Source of the DNA: Pseudoalteromonas tetraodonis
GTDB taxonomy: Bacteria > Pseudomonadota > Gammaproteobacteria > Enterobacterales > Alteromonadaceae
Assembly (NCBI RefSeq): GCF_002310835.1
Contig: NZ_CP011041.1
Location: 1,350,001-1,382,000 of the forward strand
Direction: 5' to 3'
Length of the DNA: 32,000 bases
The notes beneath the pieces were generated by a model. It worked only from the letters and a program-made list of their open reading frames with translations, was not told the origin of the DNA and searched no databases. The translations under genes were made by a program, and so were the position numbers. Positions 26,268 to 32,000 of the stretch are shown in pieces; the first letter of the stretch is position 1, and each line of letters starts with the position of its first letter.

Positions 26268-28955
26268 ATGAAAAAATCAACTCTTGGTTTAGCTGTAATT
26301 GCAGCGATCCCAATGTTCTCAAGTGTTCAGGTTTTAGTTGCAGACGAAGCAGCAAAGTCAATTGAAAAAATTCAAGTAACGGGTTCTCGTATTAAGCGTT
26401 CAGATATGGAAACTGCTAGCCCAGTTACACTTATCGGTGCCGATGAAATTAAAGCATCAGGTGCAACATCTGTAGATAGCGTATTACAACAAATGACGGC
26501 TACGGGTGGTGCAATGACAAACCCTGGCGTTAATAATGGCTCTGGCGGTGGTGCATCTATAGATTTACGTGGTTTAGGTTCACAGCGTACTTTAGTACTT
26601 GTTAATGGTCGTCGTATGATCAATTCAGGTACTGGTGCGGCTTCAACGGTTGATTTAAATACTATTCCAGTATCAATGATCAAACAAATTGAAGTACTTA
26701 AAGACGGTGCTTCTGCTGTATACGGCACAGATGCTGTAGCGGGTGTTGTAAATATTATCCTTAAAAATGACTTTGAAGGTTTAGATTTAAACGTCAACAC
26801 AGCCATGACTTCAAAACATGATGCGTCAGAAACATCAATCGACTTTACCTTAGGTACAACATTTGACAAAGGTAATATGGTTTTTGGTATTCAATACACT
26901 GATCGTGGTGAAGCAAGTCAAGGTGATCGTGGTTTCTCATCATGTCCTTTATTTGAAGGCGAAAATGGACTTTTCTGTGGCGGTTCTTCATTCAGCGAAG
27001 GCGGCCATATTTACAATGTTAATACAGCTAATATCATCAACGATAAAGGTGAAATCGAGAAGCAGGGTGTTGCTGACGATGCTGGTTTAAGTGGCCTTGG
27101 CGGTAACTTACACCGCTATACCGATGAAAACGATGCATACAACTATGCGTCTAAAAGCTACCTATACACACCTATGGAACGCTTAAACATCACAGGTTTA
27201 GGTAATTATGAACTAAATGATGACACAATGCTTTTCAGCGAGTTTACCTATACTAAGCGCTGGTCAGAGCAAAAGTTAGCACCACAGCCTATCAACTTTG
27301 GCTTTAAATATACCGAAGATATGGGTGACAGCTTACTGTCACAAACTTATGATAAGCGACAAGTCGTTAACGGTGCATTTGTAAAAGATGCTAATGATAA
27401 TTACGTTACAACACCGACTAATTACGCCTATGGTGATGAAATAAGCTACCGTCGTCGTATGGCTGAAAGTGGTACTCGTGACTTATCGCAAACAGTTGAT
27501 ACTGTTCGTGTTGTTGTGGGTGCTGAAGGTATTATTGGTGATTATTCATGGGATGCATCAGCAAACTTTGGTCGCAATGATTCTGTTGATAAAATGAGTA
27601 ATCTGCACAACGTTTCTGCAATCACAGAAGACTTAGCTGCAGGTACATTTAAGCCTTTAAATGAGGCATCTTGGTCACAAGAAAACATTCAAGATTATAT
27701 ATACACAGAGCAAAACTCAGGTGGAAGCCAGTTATTTATTTTGGCAGCTTCATTATCTGGTGAAATGTTTGAGCTACCTGCAGGTTATGCTGCATTTGCA
27801 GCGGGTGTAGAGCGTCGCCAAGAAAAGGCATGGTATAATCCTGATTCAATTGCTGCTCAAGGTCTAGGTAACGATCCACGTGTAGATCCAACAAGTGGTG
27901 GGTTTGATGTGAATGAGGCTTATGTTGAGTTTGCATTACCCTTACTATCTGAGCTTCCATTTGCAGAATATGTTGAATTAAGTGCGGCAATCCGCGCGTT
28001 TGATTACAGCACTTTTGGTTCTGATGAAACATGGAAACTTGGTTTTACTTGGAAAGCAAATGATGAATTGATGTTCCGTGGCGTACGTTCAACCGCATTC
28101 CGTGCTCCAACGGTAGATGAGCTTTACTCAGGTAATGCGCCATCTTATGAGCAAGTAAAATACCCAGGTGCTGATAGCCAGGCAGAAGTAACTGTGGGCG
28201 GTAATCAAAATCTAACACCAGAAGAAGCTGATACTTTAACGTTTGGTGTGGTGTACGAACCACAATGGTTTGAAGGTTTCTCAATGACCGTAGATTACTA
28301 CGACATTGAAATCGAAAATGCTATTTCAACATACAACAACCAATTCGTTGTTGATCAATGTATTGGTAATTCAAACAGCAGTTCAAACGAACTTTGTGCA
28401 AGCACAGGTGCAATTTTACAAGCTGATGGTCGCATTGTTTTCAATAATCAGCTTCGTAATATTGGTTCTGAAAAAACATCTGGCATTGACTTAAATCTGA
28501 AGTATTCATTTGATGCATTAGGCTTAAGCTGGAGAGCTGGCCTTGATACAACATATTTAGATGAATACGTTGTTGATACGGGTGCTGTTGTAGATTACGC
28601 TGGTTACATTACGGGTGGAGCTGGTAGTTACGCAGATATCAAATCAAACTTTAACTTAACAGTTAAAGGAGATAACTGGGATGCAACTTATGAAGCACGC
28701 TACATTGCTGGCCTAGATAGCTTCGCATGTATTGATGGTGAGACATGTTATGCACCTTCAACGCCTTCAGTTGTGTACCATGACATTAGTGGATCTTACT
28801 TAATTAATGATACAGTGACATTGTCTGCAGGTGTTAATAACTTATTTGATAAAGAGCCACCGTATTACTCAGGTAATAACGATTCAAACACTGACCCGTA
28901 CACGTTTGATACGTTAGGTCGTCGTTTATTCGCTGGCGTAAACGTTAAGTTCTAA
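26268..28955 (+). CDS. TonB-dependent outer-membrane receptor
   Basis: The protein has a signal peptide and a plug region: 'IEKIQVTGSRIKRSD', 'IDLRGLGSQRTLVLVNGRR' and 'IEVLKDGASAVYGTDAVAGVVNI'. A long beta-barrel follows. The C-terminus 'GRRLFAGVNVKF' ends in an aromatic residue. Confidence 0.95.
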   Translation: MKKSTLGLAVIAAIPMFSSVQVLVADEAAKSIEKIQVTGSRIKRSDMETASPVTLIGADEIKASGATSVDSVLQQMTATGGAMTNPGVNNGSGGGASIDLRGLGSQRTLVLVNGRRMINSGTGAASTVDLNTIPVSMIKQIEVLKDGASAVYGTDAVAGVVNIILKNDFEGLDLNVNTAMTSKHDASETSIDFTLGTTFDKGNMVFGIQYTDRGEASQGDRGFSSCPLFEGENGLFCGGSSFSEGGHIYNVNTANIINDKGEIEKQGVADDAGLSGLGGNLHRYTDENDAYNYASKSYLYTPMERLNITGLGNYELNDDTMLFSEFTYTKRWSEQKLAPQPINFGFKYTEDMGDSLLSQTYDKRQVVNGAFVKDANDNYVTTPTNYAYGDEISYRRRMAESGTRDLSQTVDTVRVVVGAEGIIGDYSWDASANFGRNDSVDKMSNLHNVSAITEDLAAGTFKPLNEASWSQENIQDYIYTEQNSGGSQLFILAASLSGEMFELPAGYAAFAAGVERRQEKAWYNPDSIAAQGLGNDPRVDPTSGGFDVNEAYVEFALPLLSELPFAEYVELSAAIRAFDYSTFGSDETWKLGFTWKANDELMFRGVRSTAFRAPTVDELYSGNAPSYEQVKYPGADSQAEVTVGGNQNLTPEEADTLTFGVVYEPQWFEGFSMTVDYYDIEIENAISTYNNQFVVDQCIGNSNSSSNELCASTGAILQADGRIVFNNQLRNIGSEKTSGIDLNLKYSFDALGLSWRAGLDTTYLDEYVVDTGAVVDYAGYITGGAGSYADIKSNFNLTVKGDNWDATYEARYIAGLDSFACIDGETCYAPSTPSVVYHDISGSYLINDTVTLSAGVNNLFDKEPPYYSGNNDSNTDPYTFDTLGRRLFAGVNVKF

Positions 28956-28976
28956 TTTTAATTCATTAGAACTACT

Positions 28977-29006
28977 AAAAGGCCTAGTTTTTACTAGGCC
29001 TTTTTT
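28977..29006 (+). terminator. Rho-independent terminator after the TonB-dependent receptor
   Basis: The hairpin is ggcctagt-tttt-actaggcc with an 8-bp stem, preceded by aaaa and followed by tttttt. Confidence 0.85.
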
Positions 29007-29007
29007 G

Positions 29008-29036
29008 TTGAACAAAATTAAAGAGGCACGTAAACT
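29008..29036 (+). promoter_or_regulatory. Candidate sigma70 promoter for the 455-aa ORF
   Basis: The -35 is TTGAAC (29008-29013) and the -10 is TAAACT (29031-29036), separated by a 17-nt spacer. A perfect SD aaggagg at 29051-29057 lies 5 nt before TTG 29063. Confidence 0.4.
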
Positions 29037-29062
29037 CAGGTAGATAACCGAAGGAGGCATCA

Positions 29063-30430
29063 TTGTTAAAGCAAGACGAAAATTTATCGTTTGTTATTGA
29101 ACCGCAACTATCACCGCGTGCAGAGCAGCGTCTCGATCTTTATTTTTCTATCCCAAACGAAATGGGTATTAACGCGCAAACACTCAGCGAAGAGTCTTAC
29201 TTTAATAACCAATTTAAATCTTTTGTAGCCTATAACGCGAATAACATTCATCTTCCATTGGTACGAAGCCGCTTTGTGAGTAAAAACAAAGGTGAGCAGC
29301 AAGATTACCGACAAAATTTAAATTTATATTGTTATCAAGTGCGTCTGGCAATTGATGCCGATATTAAAGATGCGTTAAAAATTCAAGAAAGCGATGAGTT
29401 TTATCAACGAGCCATGGAGCTCTGTGAACAAAGCCAAAGCCTACTTAGAAAACTCAGACGTTACACCCCAGATAACGAAAAGCTGATCCCGTTTTATACT
29501 AATGCTGATAACTACCTAAGCTGGCAAATTGAACAAACTTTTTTAAAGCTACTTGATGAAGGCCCGCGTAGTAGCGATCACGCTAAAGAACGAAACGACT
29601 TATTAAACTTTTGTAAGTCAGAGAGTGAGTATCGAGCAGAGCAGCAATATAATTCTGATTCAACACTTAAAGACGCCAACAGAATTACTAATAAGATGCG
29701 TTTACTCCAGCGTTTAATAGAGCATGGAGTGATTTTACAGCGCCAAACACGCTATCTTAATAGCTATTTAAAGCGGTTGGTAAAAGGCTCTGTAACAGCT
29801 GTTATAATGGCTTTTGTGATGGTGGTTATTTTAAATGCGCGTTCTACCTTTACTGAAATAACCGCTTCATTAATTCTAATTTTAGGGGTTATTTACGGGC
29901 TGAGAGAAATATTTAAAGAAGATATTACCCGTATTATTTGGCGTGCTATTGTGCGAGGGCGGCCAAAATGGCGCTTTATTTTTAAAAACAGTATCACAAA
30001 AGATAAAGTGGCGAGTCAGTTTATTTGGTTAGAGTACACCCGGTTTAAAAAAATCCCCAAAGAAGTGAGGAAAATTTTTTCTAAGCGTCGTCAGCAAAAC
30101 AAACAGGCGGCGCAATGGCTGCATTTTGCTAGTGAAACTCGGGTAAGTGCTAAAGAATTTTTGCCAGGCTACGATAGCTTGCAGCAAACGCTGCAATTTA
30201 ATCTCGCGCCGTTTGCACGTTATTTAAAAAAAGGGGAAGGGAAGCTCTATCATTTAGAAAACAATAAAATTTCTAAACAGGGAGTCGAAAGACGCTATCA
30301 GTTAAACATGGTATTGGTTCTAACCGAACCGAATAAAACGCTCTATCAGCGTTACAAAATCACTTTAAACCGCAGTAAAATAGTCAACATAGAGCTTATT
30401 TACACCAGCGATGAAAAAAAAGAGGAATAA
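29063..30430 (+). CDS. Hypothetical two-TM membrane protein of unknown family
   Basis: This 455-aa ORF has a TTG start supported by the perfect SD. The N-terminal 235 aa or so are hydrophilic and look helical. Two adjacent hydrophobic helices follow: 'VTAVIMAFVMVVILNA' and 'ITASLILILGVIYGL'. The C-terminal domain of about 160 aa is strongly basic. GC is typical for the window. Confidence 0.72.
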   Translation: MLKQDENLSFVIEPQLSPRAEQRLDLYFSIPNEMGINAQTLSEESYFNNQFKSFVAYNANNIHLPLVRSRFVSKNKGEQQDYRQNLNLYCYQVRLAIDADIKDALKIQESDEFYQRAMELCEQSQSLLRKLRRYTPDNEKLIPFYTNADNYLSWQIEQTFLKLLDEGPRSSDHAKERNDLLNFCKSESEYRAEQQYNSDSTLKDANRITNKMRLLQRLIEHGVILQRQTRYLNSYLKRLVKGSVTAVIMAFVMVVILNARSTFTEITASLILILGVIYGLREIFKEDITRIIWRAIVRGRPKWRFIFKNSITKDKVASQFIWLEYTRFKKIPKEVRKIFSKRRQQNKQAAQWLHFASETRVSAKEFLPGYDSLQQTLQFNLAPFARYLKKGEGKLYHLENNKISKQGVERRYQLNMVLVLTEPNKTLYQRYKITLNRSKIVNIELIYTSDEKKEE

Positions 30431-30444
30431 CATACGTTATTCCT
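30413..30444 (-). terminator. Rho-independent terminator for the mfd-csiV-lipoprotein strand, embedded in the 3' end of the convergent gene
   Basis: The 9-bp stem is aggaataac / gttattcct with loop atac, at 30423-30444. On the minus strand it is followed by C and then U8, the complement of the A-run at 30414-30421. The stem contains the TAA stop of the 29063..30430 gene. Confidence 0.72.
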
Positions 30445-30453
30445 TTGTTGTCC

Positions 30454-30708
30454 TTATTTATCCGTTAGCCCTTTTTTGCTGTAAAGCGTTACTTTGTCTG
30501 ATACCAGGGTAATTTCGATGTTTTTAGCGTCATCACCCCAAGTACAGCTAGTATGTAATGTTTTTTCTACACAGTTATCAGCACTGCCTAAAAGTGCTTC
30601 AACTTCTGTTTTGTCCATACCAATTTTAATTTTTTCGTAATTTTCCATGCTTACTTTTGAACAAGCAGCAAGACTCAGTGCTGCAGCAATTATTAGGAGC
30701 TTCTTCAT
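30454..30708 (-). CDS. Small lipoprotein (DUF3862/BLIP-like type)
   Basis: ATG 30708 has an AGGAAA SD 7 nt upstream. The protein begins 'MKKLLIIAAALSLAAC', which has a perfect lipobox. The mature part, 'SMENYEKIKIGMDKTEVEALLG', resembles DUF3862-type lipoproteins. The track's longer start at 30753 would overlap csiV. Confidence 0.78.
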   Translation of the reverse strand: MKKLLIIAAALSLAACSKVSMENYEKIKIGMDKTEVEALLGSADNCVEKTLHTSCTWGDDAKNIEITLVSDKVTLYSKKGLTDK

Positions 30709-30724
30709 TATTATTTTCCTACTG

Positions 30725-31561
30725 TTAATGGTTAAATTTTCGAATTTGTACAATCATACCCATACGAGGATGATCAAAGTAATGAATATCTTCGCTGAAA
30801 ACGCGTCTAAATTGTGAAAAACGGGCTGATTCTAGCTCACCATTATCTTGCTTTTCACTAATGTCGAAATCCGCATTAATGTATAAATAATGGCGTAAAT
30901 GTATTTTCAATAAGCCATCTAACTCCCATTTCATGGTCGGAGACTGTGCTTTATTAAACAATGGCTCAGGAGTATCAAGTAAGCTAATAAAGTCGGAATT
31001 GGCGTAACTAAAACCGGTGTTCATATTGTTTTTTAATTGGTTGCCTGCAAATAAGTGCATACTAGGGGAGCGTGATTTACTTGCGCCTTCAAACCGCCAG
31101 CCGGTATGTAATATAGGGGTGAGTCCTTTGCGGTCTAAAGCTTGACGTTGCGATTCGAACTGCAATTGCTCAGGGGCTAACAGGTAAGTTTGCTCCATCG
31201 TCTCTAGTGCTGGTGCCTGAGGGGTTACTGGCAGCACATCGTAACTTTTTACATAATCAATGCTGTCGTTACACGCTGCAGACTGTGGGTTTGAATTAAC
31301 CAAAGTGTCAGCAAATGTGCGTGTTTGAAAGCGTGGGTCACCGTTTATACACGCGTCCATTGCTTGGTTTTTATAAGCAGAGGCCAATAAATCTAAGGTG
31401 TTTTTATCTTCAATGGCGTCATGCTTTAAGCTAAAGTCTTCTTGTAAGTAAGGAGCAGGGCGCTGTTTAAATATTAACACTTCTACTTCAAACCAGCGCT
31501 CTGCAAATGCAGTACTGCTAAATAAGCAGCATAAAATAACCAGCGATTTTTTCAGCAACAT
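30725..31561 (-). CDS. csiV: CsiV-like periplasmic protein (DUF2803 family)
   Basis: The protein has a signal peptide followed by 'ERWFEVEVLIFKQR', the characteristic CsiV N-terminal motif. Its start overlaps the mfd stop (TAATG). As I recall, mfd adjacency is also seen in Vibrio. Confidence 0.7.
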   Translation of the reverse strand: MLLKKSLVILCCLFSSTAFAERWFEVEVLIFKQRPAPYLQEDFSLKHDAIEDKNTLDLLASAYKNQAMDACINGDPRFQTRTFADTLVNSNPQSAACNDSIDYVKSYDVLPVTPQAPALETMEQTYLLAPEQLQFESQRQALDRKGLTPILHTGWRFEGASKSRSPSMHLFAGNQLKNNMNTGFSYANSDFISLLDTPEPLFNKAQSPTMKWELDGLLKIHLRHYLYINADFDISEKQDNGELESARFSQFRRVFSEDIHYFDHPRMGMIVQIRKFNH

Positions 31562-32000
31562 TAATGGCTAACCTTTTTTTCGAAATCTGCAATCATAGCA
31601 GTGATCATTTTTAAGCGTTCACGGGCATTCGCCTCGCTAATGGCAAAGCGTAATTTATTTGCGCCATCCATTTTATAAATGTGTGGCGCACTTTGTATCA
31701 AACCAATAATGAAGCTAGGATTAACCTTGGTATTTTGACTAAACTCAAAGTAGCCTCCTTTCGGGTTAGCTTCTATTTTGGTTATGCCCAAATTGCTCGC
31801 CTGCATTTTTAGTTGTTGTAAACTAAATAGGTTTTTAGCTGCATCAGGTAATAAACCAAATCGATCTATCAATTCTACTTGCAGTTCATCAATATCAGCA
31901 AGGTTAGCACAACTTGCTACACGCTTGTACATACCTAAACGCGCGTTAACATCATGAATATAATCATCAGGTAACAAGGCAGGTAGCTTTAAATCAACTT
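31561..32000 (-). CDS. mfd: Transcription-repair coupling factor Mfd (C-terminal part; continues beyond the window)
   Basis: The frame is open to the window edge. The sequence is collinear with the E. coli Mfd C-terminal domain ('LPDDYIHDVNARLGMYKR', 'ELIDRFGLLPD'). Confidence 0.92.
   Translation of the reverse strand, partial: VDLKLPALLPDDYIHDVNARLGMYKRVASCANLADIDELQVELIDRFGLLPDAAKNLFSLQQLKMQASNLGITKIEANPKGGYFEFSQNTKVNPSFIIGLIQSAPHIYKMDGANKLRFAISEANARERLKMITAMIADFEKKVSH

Noticed and set aside
26372-26869. Antisense or embedded ORFs from the six-frame track. Examples are 26372..26869 (-), 11285..11725 (-), 18934..19245 (+), 18942..19241 (-), 20419..20772 (+), 7009..7308 (-), 2969..3238 (-), 27736..28032 (-) and 24380..24595 (-).
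   Set aside because: Each lies entirely inside a strongly supported gene on the other strand or in another frame. They lack SD sequences, and their translations are low-complexity or atypical. These are expected shadow ORFs.
1-32000. A search by eye for CRISPR arrays, tRNA or rRNA genes, IS elements or transposases, integrases, toxin-antitoxin pairs, or known defence genes next to recBCD.
   Set aside because: I noticed no regularly spaced repeats, no T-loop (GGTTCGAATCC)-like motifs in intergenic DNA, and no ORFs with recombinase, transposase or nuclease-NTPase defence signatures. Every ORF over 60 aa is accounted for by the genes listed or by shadow frames.

Overview
This window looks like a mostly core chromosomal segment of an AT-leaning marine gammaproteobacterium. 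Gene order and protein sequences resemble Alteromonadales/Vibrionales; Pseudoalteromonas-like is my guess and is inference only.

Gene content, left to right:
- recC (5'-truncated by the window edge), recB and recD, with overlapping stop/start codons.
- A TRIC/UPF0126 membrane protein.
- A roughly 270-bp self-complementary intergenic element.
- A secreted M20D amidohydrolase.
- A secreted lipase-like alpha/beta-hydrolase followed by an anchored or secreted protein of unknown function.
- ttcA and uspE.
- A low-GC secreted beta-helix gene sitting between uspE and fnr.
- fnr.
- A same-strand cbb3 oxidase block, in transcription order: ccoNOQP, a terminator, ccoH, ccoI, ccoS (missed by the ORF track) and a DsbD_2-like membrane protein.
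- A divergent small lipoprotein.
- A 754-bp ORF-free AT-rich region.
- A TonB-dependent receptor.
- A monocistronic 455-aa two-TM protein of unknown family.
- A small BLIP-like lipoprotein, a CsiV-like protein and the 3' end of mfd.

I see no tRNA, rRNA, CRISPR array, IS or transposase, integrase, prophage or recognisable defence system. No clearly new multi-gene system is evident.

The best leads are:
1. The structured, MITE-like element at 9173-9442.
2. The low-GC beta-helix gene that interrupts fnr-uspE adjacency.
3. The lipase-like gene with a non-Lif partner at the position where Lif foldases normally sit.
4. The orphan 455-aa membrane protein.

All functional calls rest on motif and collinearity recognition by eye, not on database searches.
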